Shown: piece by piece, positions 19,423-28,677 of the stretch | How the letters are laid out: each line of letters begins with the position of its first letter | Position numbering within the stretch: position 1 is the first letter of the stretch | Assembly: GCA_963801625.1 (NCBI GenBank) | Contig: CAWDFQ010000007.1 | Span: forward strand, 130,145-194,144 | DNA from: an uncultured delta proteobacterium | Lineage (GTDB): Bacteria > Myxococcota_A > UBA9160 > PR03 | Direction: 5' to 3' | DNA length: 64,000 nucleotides | Translations under genes and position numbers: made by a program | The notes under the pieces: generated by a model | Told to the model about the DNA's origin: nothing | The model's database searches: none | What the model saw: only the letters and a program-made list of their open reading frames with translations

Positions 19423-19944
19423 CTAGGCGCTGCTGCCGCCAGCGGCATCTCCGACTCCGCCCGCGCCCGTCGGGCCCGACGAGAGTCGATCGAGCTTGTA
19501 GACGAGCCGTGTGCACTTCGGAGCGACGGCCATCAACCGAACGACAGCCGCGCTATCGCACTCGGGATGCGAGAGATTCCGCCAAGCAATCTTTTCATTC
19601 GGAACTCGCTCAGTCACTTCGATCTCCCACTCGATCGGCTGGCCGGCGCGCTTTCCGCGGCATCGGTAGCGGACCCCCCTGGGTTCGAGCGGAACGACCT
19701 CGTCGAGATGCGGAACCATGCGGGGAAGCACGTGGAGCGACGAGCAGCGGTCATAGACGACCGCGATTTCTTCGTTCACCAGGACGTCGACGACAGCCAG
19801 AACGGTGGGTTCTACGAGAGAAGATTTTTCGTTGCTCATGAGCGGTAGCAACGCAAACAACATGCCGGGATTAGAGACCGCCTGAACGAATTTCGCAGCC
19901 CGTGCGATGGCCGAGTTGTAGAAATTTCGAGACCCAATCGACAC
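19423..19944 (-). CDS. SRPBCC (polyketide cyclase/dehydrase-like) family protein; likely true start at 19839
   Basis: VDVLVNEEIAVVYDRCSSLHVLPRMVPHLDEVVPLEPRGVRYRCRGKRAGQPIEWEIEVTERVPNEKIAWRNL fits the START/Bet v1-like cyclase-dehydrase pattern. Confidence 0.6.
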   Translation of the reverse strand: MSIGSRNFYNSAIARAAKFVQAVSNPGMLFALLPLMSNEKSSLVEPTVLAVVDVLVNEEIAVVYDRCSSLHVLPRMVPHLDEVVPLEPRGVRYRCRGKRAGQPIEWEIEVTERVPNEKIAWRNLSHPECDSAAVVRLMAVAPKCTRLVYKLDRLSSGPTGAGGVGDAAGGSSA

Positions 19945-20190
19945 GCGGGCTCAGCGATTCAGCAGCGGTGGTGGTCTGCGCCGGCCTTTTCTCGCACCTC
20001 GAGTGACGCGCGCATGGGAATGCATTCGGGGCGCGCGATCCATTGGAACGCCTGTAATACGTTCAAAATTCCACTCCGCTGAGCAATTTCCGCACGGGTT
20101 GGGACCGTGGGCAGCGGTGCGACGGTTCCTCGAGTCCTTCACTGGCTCGCGGCTTGCAATCGTCCGCCTCAAACGAAGGAGGATCGTTCG

Positions 20191-20457
20191 ATGGAAATTC
20201 TGTGGATGATTATCGTGGGCCTGGTTGTCGGAGCGCTGGCCAAGTTCCTGATGCCGGGTGACGATCCCGGCGGCATCATCGTCACGATTCTGATCGGCAT
20301 CGCCGGCTCAGTGGTCGCCGGCTACCTCGGTCGCGCCGTCGGTTGGTACGGACCGGAGGATGCGGGCCCCGGCATCATCGCCTCGGTTGTCGGCGCGATG
20401 ATCCTGCTGTTCGTCTACAAGACGCTGATCGGACGGCGCACGCCAACGGTGCCTTGA
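20191..20457 (+). CDS. GlsB/YeaQ/YmgE family stress-response membrane protein
   Basis: MEILWMIIVGLVVGALAKFLMPGDDPGGIIVTILIGIAGSVVAGYLG. A strong RBS AAGGAGG lies at 20176-20182. Confidence 0.85.
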   Translation: MEILWMIIVGLVVGALAKFLMPGDDPGGIIVTILIGIAGSVVAGYLGRAVGWYGPEDAGPGIIASVVGAMILLFVYKTLIGRRTPTVP

Positions 20458-20580
20458 TCGATCTCCGGCTCGGGGGATTGGGCAGCAACGTACGGATTTC
20501 GTGGGGTCGAACTCGTTGGGGACGCCACTCGCCGCGCTGGTGGGTGTGAGTTCAGCTTCGGATCTGCGTCGTGAGGCCCC

Positions 20581-21174
20581 GCGACACCTGCGGGCGTCTT
20601 CTTCACGTCGAGCACGGCGGTCTATGCGCAGGACGACGGCTCGTGGGTGGACGAGTCGAGCCCCACCGAGCCGAGGGACTTTCGCGGCACGCGCATGCTC
20701 GAAGCCGAGGCCGTGCTCGCGGCGAGCGGTTTCCCCTCCGTGTCCCTGCGCCTCGGCGGCATCTACGGGCCCGGGCGCACGCGACTCGTCGAGAGCGTGC
20801 GCAGCGGTCGCGCGACGATTCGCCCGGGTCCGCCGCACTTCGGCAATCGGATCCACCGCGACGACGCGGCGGGCGCGCTCGCGCACCTCGCGACGCTCGC
20901 GCTCGCGGGAGGCGCGCTCGCATCGCTCTACCTCGGCGTCGACGACGAACCGAGCGACGAGGCGACCGTGCTCCGTTGGATCGCGTCGCAGCTGGGTGTC
21001 GCGGAACCGCTCGTGCGCGACGGCGAACCCGCTCTGGGTGCGCGCGACGCGAACCGCGCTGCTTCCAACAAGCGCTGCTCGAACGCCCGGCTGAGCGCGA
21101 CCGGCTACCGCTTCCGGTTCCCGACGTTCCGCGAGGGCTATGCCGAGACGATCGCGTCGATCACTTCACCGTAA
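20581..21174 (+). pseudogene. NAD-dependent epimerase/dehydratase family protein, N-terminal Rossmann part missing
   Basis: VFFTSSTAVYAQDDGSWVDESSPTEPRDFRGTRMLEAE...SLRLGGIYGPGR...NRIHRDDAAGAL. The SST..Y catalytic region is present, but no GxxGxxG segment lies upstream. Confidence 0.65.
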
Positions 21175-21742
21175 TCGTGATCGGCTCCGAAACCAGCGGC
21201 GGGTCGTGCGGCACGTGGTCCTTGTCGGCGAGCACCAGCTGGAGTTTGTGCTTGCCGGGCATCAGCGCGACGCTGGCTTCGGTCTGGCCAGCGCCGAAAT
21301 GAAGGTGCCTATCGTCTTTCGGCAGCGGCGCGTCGAATGCCGGGACGGGCGAGTCGATGATCAGGTGGTGATGACCGGTGTTCGGTGACGCTGTGCCCGC
21401 CGGCGCCACCTCCATGCCCGTGAGCCCGAAGCGCACCGTCACCGGACTCGAAACCGTTTCGCCGTTCTGCGGCGAGATGATGTAAAGCTTGGCCTCCGCG
21501 GGACGCGGCGTGCGCGCGATCGCGGGAGCGGTCTCAGCGTCGGTCTCGGTCTCGGTATCGGTCTCAGTATCGGTATCAGCGTCGGTATCAGCGTCGGTCT
21601 CAGTCTCGGTCGCAGCTTTGGTCGCAGTCTTGTGTGCGGTTTTGTGTGCAGTCTCCGCCGCGCGTGCAGAGGGCGGCGCGAAGAACGCGATGAGGGCGAC
21701 GGCGAGAGCCAAAGCAGCGGCGAGGTGAAGACGAGCGATCAT
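21161..21742 (-). CDS. secreted DUF4399 domain protein with Thr-Asp/Glu repeat linker
   Basis: A 193-aa reading from MIARLHLAAALALAVALIAFFAPPSARA (signal peptide). A TAHK and (T-D/E)n low-complexity linker follows. The DUF4399 core is LYIISPQNGETVSSPVTVRFGLTGMEVAPAG...NTGHHHLIID. Confidence 0.75.
   Translation of the reverse strand: MIARLHLAAALALAVALIAFFAPPSARAAETAHKTAHKTATKAATETETDADTDADTDTETDTETETDAETAPAIARTPRPAEAKLYIISPQNGETVSSPVTVRFGLTGMEVAPAGTASPNTGHHHLIIDSPVPAFDAPLPKDDRHLHFGAGQTEASVALMPGKHKLQLVLADKDHVPHDPPLVSEPITITVK
21530..21655. repeat. in-frame 6/12-nt tandem repeat inside the DUF4399 gene
   Basis: gtctcg / gtatcg / gtctca / gtatca units with gcgtcg interspersed encode TETETDADTDADTDTETDTETETDAET. 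The adjacent gtgtgcggtttt / gtgtgcagtctc units encode TAHKTAHKT. Confidence 0.85.
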
Positions 21743-21771
21743 GGGGTCTCCTTGCGTTGAGGGACGGGATC

Positions 21772-22125
21772 CTAAGCGATCTGCGAGGCGAGGTCGGCGG
21801 CGGCGCGGAAGGCGAGGTGGAGGCGCACGATCGCCTTGCGCTCGGCGACGCGCGCGGCGTCGCCGAAGCCCTGCTCGCGCGCGCGCGCCGCAATCCGGTC
21901 CATCACAGCGACCTCCTCTTCGAAGCGCGAAAGGTCCTCGGTCGGCACCGCCGTCGCGCTCCCGGCGTGACGCCGGTAGGCGTACGCGCGACGCCGCGTG
22001 CCCGCGATCTCCTCGCCGTCGAACAGCAGACGCGCGAGCAGGTCGAGGTCCTGCACCTGCTTCCAGGCGGGGTCGAAGCGGCGGGCGCCGAGCCGCTCGC
22101 GCCGCCAGGCGAGCGTCGGACACAT
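21772..22125 (-). CDS. hypothetical protein (possibly the C-terminal part of a longer frameshifted gene reaching ~22300)
   Basis: The 117-aa ORF has non-shadow composition (FDPAWKQVQDLDLLARLLFDGEEIAG..). No family was recognised. Confidence 0.3.
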   Translation of the reverse strand: MCPTLAWRRERLGARRFDPAWKQVQDLDLLARLLFDGEEIAGTRRRAYAYRRHAGSATAVPTEDLSRFEEEVAVMDRIAARAREQGFGDAARVAERKAIVRLHLAFRAAADLASQIA

Positions 22126-22385
22126 GACGAAGTCGCCCGTGCGTGGCTTCCTGCCTCATTTCGTCCGTGCTTGACAGAATGGGAGTTATCGGACCTTGCC
22201 AAGAACGCAGCATGAAATCCCTATGCCCGAGGCCGCCGATCCCGAGCTCCGTCGGGTCGTTCGAGAACCGATAGCTCTCGATCAGGGCAATTCCGACACG
22301 CACCGTCTCGCATGATACGCTGGCCGTGGCGCAATGCCGGAGCACCCCGATCGCGCCGCGGGGCAGGTCCGTGGAGCTGAGTAGC

Positions 22386-24524
22386 ATGCGTCCCCAGGCT
22401 TCGTTCGAGCACCTCCTCGCGCCGGGCCGGATCGGTCCGGTCGAGGTCCGCAACCGCATCTTCCTGTCCGCCATGGGGACGAACCTCGCGGAGCCGGACG
22501 GGCACGCGGGCGAGCGCATCCAGCGCCACTACGAGGAGCGCGCGCGCGGCGGCGCCGGCATGGTCATCGTCGGCGTGGGCGCGATCGCGTTTCCGGCCGG
22601 CGCATGCATTCCGCGCCAGCTCGCGATTTCCGACGACGCGTTCCTGCCGGGCCTGCGCGCGCTCACGGATCGCGTGCACGCGCACGGGGCGCAGGTCGCG
22701 ATCCAACTCCAGCACGCCGGGAAGGTCGCGACGCAGGACACCGCGACGGGGCGGCCGCTCTGGGTTCCGTCGGTGGTCTCCGGAAATCGCGGGGATCTGA
22801 TGAACGACCTCGCCCCGCACGAGGTCGCCGCGATCGCCGCGCCGTTCACGAGGCCCGGCGCGAAGTTCGGCCTCCACGAGATGACGCGCGAAGACATCGC
22901 GACCCTCGTCGGCTGGTTCGCGGACGCGGCCGATCGCGCGCGCCGCGCCGGCTTCGACGGCGTCGAGATCCACGGCGCCCACGGCTATCTGTTGTCGTCC
23001 TTCCTCTCGCCGGCGTCGAACACGCGCGGCGACGAGTACGGTGGCGGAACGGTCGAGAACCGCGCGCGGCTGCTCTGCGAGGTGATCCGCGCGGTGAAGG
23101 CGCGCGTGGGGGGCGACCTCGCCGTCTGGGTGCGCCTCGACGCGAAGGAATTCCGCGTCGCGAACGGCATCACGCTCGAAGACGCGCGACGAAGTGCCGA
23201 ACTCGCCGAAGCCGCCGGCGCCGACGCGATCCACGTGAGCGCGTACGCCGACCCGACCTGCGGCGTCGCCTTCACCGATGCGCCGCTCGTGCACGAGCCG
23301 CGCGGCTACCTCGAGTTTGCCGAACGCATCAAGCGCGTCCTACGCATTCCGGTGATCGCCGTGGGGCGGATCGAGCCCGGCGAGGCGGACGCCGCCGTTC
23401 GCGACGGGACGGCCGACTTCATCGCGATGGCGCGCGCGCTGCTCGCCGATCCCGCGCTGCCGCGCAAGCTCGCGGAAGGGCGGCCGGAAGACGTGCGACC
23501 CTGCATCTACTGTTACACCTGCGTGGGACGAATCTTCCTGAACGAGGCCGTCGCCTGCGCGGTGAATCCCGCGGTCGGACGCGAGGCGGAGTTCGAGACC
23601 GTCCCCGCGAAGCGGCCGCGGCGCCTGCTGGTGGTGGGCGGCGGGCCGGCAGGCATGGAGGCCGCCCGGATCGCCGCGCTGCGCGGCCATCGCGTGACGC
23701 TCTGCGAGAGCGGCCCACGGCTCGGCGGAACGCTGCTCTTCTCGTCGCTGCTGTACGAGCCCAACGGCCGGCTCGCCGCGCATCTCGAGACGCAGGTGCG
23801 TAAGGCCGGCGTCGAGCTTCGACTCGGCGCCGAGGCGACGCCGGCGGTCATTCGCGAGATCGCGCCCGACGTGGTGCTCGTCGCGACGGGCGCGCGGCGC
23901 GAGGCGCCGCCGATCCCCGGCGCCGACCGTCCGAACGTGCTCTCGGGCGACGACCTGCGAAGCCTGCTCAGCGGGAGCGACCCGAACGTCGCCCGGCAGA
24001 AGCTCTCGTTCGTGCAGCGCGCCGTGATCGGCGCCGGCCACTTCGTCGGTGCGACCGAGGACACGGCGCTCGCACGCGAACTCTCGCGCCGCTGGATGCC
24101 GCTCGGCCGTCGCGTCGTGATCGTCGGCGGTGGGCTCGTCGGCGTGGAACTCGCGGAGTTCCTGTCCGCGCGCGAGCGCGAGGTGACCGTTCTGGAAGAG
24201 GGCGCGACGCTCGCACCGGAGATGGCGCTGCCGCGCCGCTGGCGCGCGCTCTTCGAGGCGCGCGAGCGCGGCGTGCGCTTCGTGACGCGGGCCCAGGTGC
24301 TGGCGATCGGTGACACCGAGGTGTCGTACTCCAACGCGTCCGGCGAGCGCAGCAGCGTGCCCGCCGACCACGTGATCCTCGCCGTCGGCGCGCGCGCGGA
24401 CCGCTCGCTCGGGGAAGCGCTCGGCCGCCTCGGCATCGAGGTCCACCTTCTCGGCGACTGCGACGGCGTCGGCTACATCGAGGGTGCGATGCTCGGCGCA
24501 GCTCGCGTCGCAGGAAGTCTCTGA
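22386..24524 (+). CDS. NADH:flavin oxidoreductase (OYE-like) fused to FAD/NAD(P)-binding domain, 2,4-dienoyl-CoA reductase (FadH)-like
   Basis: Intact. The OYE barrel is MRPQASFEHLLAPGRIGPVEVRNRIFLSAMGTNL...IQLQHAGK...GFDGVEIHGAHGYLLSSFLSP. The Fe-S Cys cluster is RPCIYCYTCV. Rossmann motifs are LLVVGGGPAGMEAA and VIVGGGLVGVELAE. Confidence 0.85.
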   Translation: MRPQASFEHLLAPGRIGPVEVRNRIFLSAMGTNLAEPDGHAGERIQRHYEERARGGAGMVIVGVGAIAFPAGACIPRQLAISDDAFLPGLRALTDRVHAHGAQVAIQLQHAGKVATQDTATGRPLWVPSVVSGNRGDLMNDLAPHEVAAIAAPFTRPGAKFGLHEMTREDIATLVGWFADAADRARRAGFDGVEIHGAHGYLLSSFLSPASNTRGDEYGGGTVENRARLLCEVIRAVKARVGGDLAVWVRLDAKEFRVANGITLEDARRSAELAEAAGADAIHVSAYADPTCGVAFTDAPLVHEPRGYLEFAERIKRVLRIPVIAVGRIEPGEADAAVRDGTADFIAMARALLADPALPRKLAEGRPEDVRPCIYCYTCVGRIFLNEAVACAVNPAVGREAEFETVPAKRPRRLLVVGGGPAGMEAARIAALRGHRVTLCESGPRLGGTLLFSSLLYEPNGRLAAHLETQVRKAGVELRLGAEATPAVIREIAPDVVLVATGARREAPPIPGADRPNVLSGDDLRSLLSGSDPNVARQKLSFVQRAVIGAGHFVGATEDTALARELSRRWMPLGRRVVIVGGGLVGVELAEFLSAREREVTVLEEGATLAPEMALPRRWRALFEARERGVRFVTRAQVLAIGDTEVSYSNASGERSSVPADHVILAVGARADRSLGEALGRLGIEVHLLGDCDGVGYIEGAMLGAARVAGSL

Positions 24525-24546
24525 CGACGCTCCGTCACGCGGAGGG

Positions 24547-24724
24547 GCGGAGCTGCCTGGAAATTGCGCAGCAGCTCTAGGCCATCGAAGGCGCGGTCAG
24601 CCAGGCCAAGAAGACCCTGGTGCATGACCACATCGACAACTGCCTTGAACAAGCGGTGCGGGATGGCACGCAGAGCGCCGGCGACACCATCGACGAGTTC
24701 AAAGCGATTACCAAATACCTCTAG
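24547..24724 (+). pseudogene. rcnR: RcnR/FrmR (CsoR-family) metal-sensing repressor, 5'-truncated with in-frame stop
   Basis: Reads LEIAQQL*AIEGAVSQAKKTLVHDHIDNCLEQAVRDGTQSAGDTIDEFKAITKYL*. It aligns with the C-terminal two helices of RcnR (..LQQIAAIRGAV..HL.EHI..). It lies directly upstream of rcnA. Confidence 0.6.
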
Positions 24725-24732
24725 GGCAACCT

Positions 24733-25857
24733 GTGACCGATTTTTCCACCCTGCTGCAACAGGGCACCGCCAATGCCTGGCTCTTCATTCCCAGCGCCAT
24801 CTTGCTGGGGGGACTGCATGGCCTCGAACCCGGCCACTCCAAAACCATGATGGCCGCCTTCATCGTGGCCATTCGTGGCACGCCTCTGCAGGCCGCTCTG
24901 CTCGGACTTTCCGCGACGATTTCCCACACTGCCGTCGTGTGGGCCATTGCGCTGGGCGGGATGTATTTCGGTCAGAAGTGGAACGCGGAAACCAGCGAGC
25001 CCTACCTTCAAATCGCATCCGCAGTGCTTATCGTCGGCGTCGCCGCTTGGATGATCTGGCGAACATGGCGCGACCAGCGACTCGCCGACCGCGACCACGA
25101 TCATGATCACGACCATCATCACGATGAGGGGAAACGCGTCGACACCCGCCACGGGGCGGTACGGCTGGACGTGTTCGAGGACGGCGTACCGCCGCGCTTC
25201 CGGCTGGCCCGGGAAGGCAAGCACGGTCACGACTGGACTGCCGATGAGGTGAGCGTCGAGACGGAGCGCCCGGATGGCAGCCGCCAGTCCTTCACCTTTG
25301 TGCAACGCGACGGCTTTGTCGAGTCCGAGCAGGAAATTCCCGGGCCGCATGAATTCGTCGCCCGCCTGCGCTTAGGTCACGCGGGGCACAGCCACGACTA
25401 TGACGTGGAGTTCGTCGAGCACGATCACCACCATCACGCGATCAAGGATTATGACGGGTTGGACGTTTCGGCGCCGGGTTACCAGGACCCGCACGAACTG
25501 GCCCACGCCAATGACATCCGCCGCCGCTTCGCCAACCGTGACGTGACGACTGGGCAGATCGTCATGTTTGGACTGACCGGCGGGCTGATTCCCTGTCCCG
25601 CCTCGATCACAGTGCTGCTTCTGTGCCTGCAACTGAAGCAGATAACGCTTGGCGCAGCTTTGGTCCTGTGTTTCAGCATCGGACTGGCGCTCACGATGGT
25701 TGCCTCTGGGGTCCTTGCCGCTTTAAGCGTCAAGTACGTTTCCAAGGGCTGGAGCGGCTTCGGCGAGTTCGCGCGGAAAGCACCCTACTTCTCCGCCGTA
25801 CTCATCGTGCTAGTGGGCGTATACGTCGGCTACCACGGTTGGGTCGCCCTGCCTTGA
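24733..25857 (+). CDS. rcnA: nickel/cobalt efflux transporter RcnA
   Basis: Intact 374-aa ORF. It carries GGLHGLEPGHSKTMMAAF, the His/Asp-rich loop DRDHDHDHDHHHDE..HSHDYDVEFVEHDHHHH, and the C-terminal GGLIPCPASITVLL. GC is lower than the backbone. Confidence 0.88.
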   Translation: MTDFSTLLQQGTANAWLFIPSAILLGGLHGLEPGHSKTMMAAFIVAIRGTPLQAALLGLSATISHTAVVWAIALGGMYFGQKWNAETSEPYLQIASAVLIVGVAAWMIWRTWRDQRLADRDHDHDHDHHHDEGKRVDTRHGAVRLDVFEDGVPPRFRLAREGKHGHDWTADEVSVETERPDGSRQSFTFVQRDGFVESEQEIPGPHEFVARLRLGHAGHSHDYDVEFVEHDHHHHAIKDYDGLDVSAPGYQDPHELAHANDIRRRFANRDVTTGQIVMFGLTGGLIPCPASITVLLLCLQLKQITLGAALVLCFSIGLALTMVASGVLAALSVKYVSKGWSGFGEFARKAPYFSAVLIVLVGVYVGYHGWVALP

Positions 25858-26115
25858 GCATCGACGCGGCAAGCAGCAAAGCCCGGCGATCCAAAGTCGA
25901 TTGAGGTCGACATGCCGGCGACCATCTCAACGATTCCGTCCTCGACCACGCCCTCGGCGATCAGCCTGAAGGTGCTGATGACCCGTGCGCGATGGGTGGA
26001 AGTCGCGCGGATTCCGTCTTCTCATTCAGCGGCAGGAAGCCAGCGACTGCCACACACGAGCGAATGCGACAACCCGTGATGCGATGGGCTCCGCTGTCCC
26101 TTAATGCGCCCGCCA

Positions 26116-26757
26116 TTAGCTCGCGTTCTGTAGGGCGAATTCCCAATTGATCAGTTTGTCGAGCACGGCATTAACATAGTCGGCACGACGATTCTGATAA
26201 TCCAGGTAGTAAGCATGCTCCCACACGTCAATGCTAAGCAGTGGCTTCATGCCCGTTGTCAAAGGGACTTCGGCATTGGCGGTCTTTACCACCTTGAGCT
26301 TGCCGCCATCGAGGACAAGCCAGGCCCAACCACTCCCGAACTGTGAAACAGCCGCGCTGGCAAGTTCCTTCCTGCAGGCATCGACACTGCCGAAGGATGC
26401 CTCGATTCTCCGCTTGAGCGCAGCCGGCGGTTCGCCTCCTCCTTTCGGTGTCATGCTTTTCCAATAGAACGTGTGGTTCCAGGTTTGCGCCGCGTTGTTG
26501 AAGATCGCGGCTTTTTCTGGTCGCCCTGCGGTACCGGTAATAATCTTCTCCAATGACAGGTCGGCATATTCTGTTCCTGCAATAAGCTTGTTCAGGTTGT
26601 CCACATAGCCTTTGTGATGTTTCCCGTAGTGGAAACTCATGGTTTTGGCTGTTATAACCGGATCGAATGCGTTTTCGGCATAGGGAAGAGGAGGTAGGAC
26701 GTGGAGCGACGCTGCTCCGGGCACGGTCGATGACTTGCTTGTGTCTTTCTGGCTCAT
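26116..26757 (-). CDS. sodB: Fe/Mn-type superoxide dismutase
   Basis: Intact 213-aa ORF. Motifs [38 protein letters not shown] and [15 protein letters not shown] are present. The RBS AAGGAG is present. The gene is markedly A/T-richer. Confidence 0.92.
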   Translation of the reverse strand: MSQKDTSKSSTVPGAASLHVLPPLPYAENAFDPVITAKTMSFHYGKHHKGYVDNLNKLIAGTEYADLSLEKIITGTAGRPEKAAIFNNAAQTWNHTFYWKSMTPKGGGEPPAALKRRIEASFGSVDACRKELASAAVSQFGSGWAWLVLDGGKLKVVKTANAEVPLTTGMKPLLSIDVWEHAYYLDYQNRRADYVNAVLDKLINWEFALQNAS

Positions 26758-26942
26758 ATCGGTCTCCTTGCGGTTGGTGGGTGACGCACAACGGCTTGCG
26801 CTTCAGAGGCGGCGAGCCAAGCACATCGAGGCAAAGGCGTCCGCCGAAAGCGGTCGTTGGGCGGTCTTTCCCGGAAATTCTTTAGTTCATTTTCTAGATT
26901 TCGTTTCCTACTTCTTCTGCCCCATCGGCATAGAACTCTTCT

Positions 26943-27392
26943 TCATCGCCGAATCTCCTGCCTCAGCGTTGCCTGCAGCGTGATCTCCGGAACGCTGGCA
27001 AGTGCCTTCGACAACGGGCAATCGCGCTTCGTCGCGGCCGCGATCTCCTGGAACTTCGCATCGTCGATGCCGGGCACCGTGGCCTGCAGCGTCAGCGCGA
27101 TGCGGTCGATTACGAAGCCCTCGCCCTGCTTGGACAGGCGCACGCTGGCCTTGGTGTCGACGTCGGTGGTTGCCAACCCGGCCTTATCGCAGGCGAACGA
27201 AAACGCCATCGTGAAACACGCGGCGTGGGCTGCGCCGAGGATCTCCTCGGGGTTGGTGCCGCGCCGGTCGTCCTCGAAGCGGCTCGCAAAGCCGTAGGGG
27301 TAGTGCTTCAGCGCACCGGTCTCGGTGCTTATCTTGCCCTGGCCCTTCTTGCCTTGGCCTTCCCAGTGCACGACGGCGGTCTTTTCGGTCAT
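26943..27392 (-). CDS. osmC: OsmC-family peroxiredoxin
   Basis: Intact 149-aa ORF. The two catalytic Cys contexts are GAAHAACFTMAF and KRDCPLSKAL. Confidence 0.88.
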   Translation of the reverse strand: MTEKTAVVHWEGQGKKGQGKISTETGALKHYPYGFASRFEDDRRGTNPEEILGAAHAACFTMAFSFACDKAGLATTDVDTKASVRLSKQGEGFVIDRIALTLQATVPGIDDAKFQEIAAATKRDCPLSKALASVPEITLQATLRQEIRR

Positions 27393-27466
27393 GATGTGGC
27401 TCCTGTTTCGGTATGGGGAATGGCGAAGCAGCTGAAGAGCGTGACGGAATTGTTCAAGGCAATCCG

Positions 27467-27769
27467 TTACTTCATCTTCTTGATTTTTCCTTCTACTTCT
27501 TTTGCCCCCTTCGCATAGAGCTCTTCTTCATCGGGGGCAAGCTCGCGGAGCAATCCCCGAAACTCTCCCGCGTGTACAAGTTCCTCGTCTGCAATTTCCT
27601 TGAGCACTTTCACGGCGAGCTTGTTGTCGGTTGACTCGGCAAGCTGCATGTAAAACTGAGTCGCTTCGTACTCCGCGGCCATCATGAAACGAATTGCTCT
27701 GACGAGCTCCTCATGCGTGAGCTTCCTGTCGTTTGCTAACCCTGAAAAGGGTGATCCGAACCCTGGCAT
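27467..27769 (-). CDS. small ferritin-like / rubrerythrin-family protein (~100 aa)
   Basis: LTHEELVRAIRFMMAAEYEATQFYMQLAESTDNKLAVKVLKEIADEELVHAGEF carries ExxH-type di-iron ligand spacing. The RBS AAAGGAG is present. Confidence 0.7.
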   Translation of the reverse strand: MPGFGSPFSGLANDRKLTHEELVRAIRFMMAAEYEATQFYMQLAESTDNKLAVKVLKEIADEELVHAGEFRGLLRELAPDEEELYAKGAKEVEGKIKKMK

Positions 27770-27876
27770 GTTTATTCTCCTTTCTTACTTCCTTTCGGAC
27801 TTCCTCCTAACGGCGCCGAGCAAGCCGCTCGGCGGAAATAGGCAACGCTACTTCACCTGTGCGAACTTCGAGTCGG

Positions 27877-28104
27877 TCAGCGTAGCGGCGGCGCCAGGAC
27901 GCCGTTCACCACGGCGGACCCGAAGAGCATCGCCACCGCATTGAAGCCGGCGACGTCGAGCAGGAGTCCAACGAGCATCGCGGTGGCCACGACCGCATAG
28001 AAACGGCGCGCGTGTTTCGGCTTGTCTTCGAGGGACCCGCGCCACGCGAAGGCTTCCCGCCGCGCGCTCAGCAGCCTGAACATCGACATCCTCTGCGCCA
28101 ACAC
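27877..28104 (-). pseudogene. Nramp-family divalent metal transporter, C-terminal fragment only
   Basis: FAWRGSLEDKPKHARRFYAVVATAMLVGLLLDVAGFNAVAMLFGSAVVNGVLAPPL matches the last TM segments of Nramp/MntH-like proteins. No upstream body is present. Confidence 0.55.
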
Positions 28105-28139
28105 GCCTGCGGCGAACGGCAGAGCCCGGGCTTACCGGA

Positions 28140-28565
28140 TCAAGCCCACCCTCGAATGACCGCGGCGGAGAAGAGCGCGATCGATGCCGCGGCAGATCCC
28201 GCAAAGAATGCCCGGAAGATCCAGCGCGACTCGCCATCGACTCGTGACATCTCCCCGGCATCCGCCGCCCGTCTGCGACGCATTACCGGGATCACGCACA
28301 GGAAGTTGATGAAGACGGCAGTCGAGCCCGAGGTGACCAGGACCAGATACCAGCCGTGCAGTAGCTCCACACGGAGGAGGAGGAGGCCCGTCACGAGGAC
28401 CGCGATCAGTATCGGGATCTCGATCAAATGATCGATCGCGGCGTGGTAGCGGGCGACCTGCACCCTGAGCTCCGGCTGGGACCGCGCCGCGCTCTCCAGC
28501 AGCATCTCGACCGCTACGCACCCGCCCCAAAGGCCGAGGACGAACACGTGAAGGAAGGCGTTCAT
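28140..28565 (-). CDS. hypothetical 4-TM membrane protein (141 aa)
   Basis: MNAFLHVFVLGLWGGCVAVEMLLE...IEIPILIAVLVTGLLLL...WYLVLVTSGSTAVFINFLCVIPV...IFRAFFAGSAAASIALFSAAVI. No family was recognised. Confidence 0.45.
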   Translation of the reverse strand: MNAFLHVFVLGLWGGCVAVEMLLESAARSQPELRVQVARYHAAIDHLIEIPILIAVLVTGLLLLRVELLHGWYLVLVTSGSTAVFINFLCVIPVMRRRRAADAGEMSRVDGESRWIFRAFFAGSAAASIALFSAAVIRGWA

Positions 28566-28677
28566 GCTCACATCGGTTCTCCCGTGAGATGTTGAACCGC
28601 CCCAGGTTTGCCGGAGGCTGAGAACCTCGCCGCGCACGGTTGACCCGCCCGGCTCGACCGCATAGGCTGCGCCGCCC

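Noticed and set aside
21530-21655. Regular short repeats that might have been a CRISPR array or minisatellite.
   Set aside because: The period is 6/12 nt with no spacers. The repeats lie in frame inside the DUF4399 CDS and encode a Thr-Asp/Glu linker. No cas genes are present anywhere in the window.
25080-25450. Repetitive gac/cac/cat-rich DNA in rcnA.
   Set aside because: It simply encodes the His/Asp-rich metal-binding loops characteristic of RcnA. It is not an independent repeat element.
25858-26115. The 260-bp spacer between rcnA and sodB, examined in all six frames for a transposase, resolvase or regulator fragment.
   Set aside because: Only short ORFs (e.g. ..STFRLIAEGVVEDGIVEMVAGMS..) without a recognisable family were found, and no terminal inverted repeats were seen.
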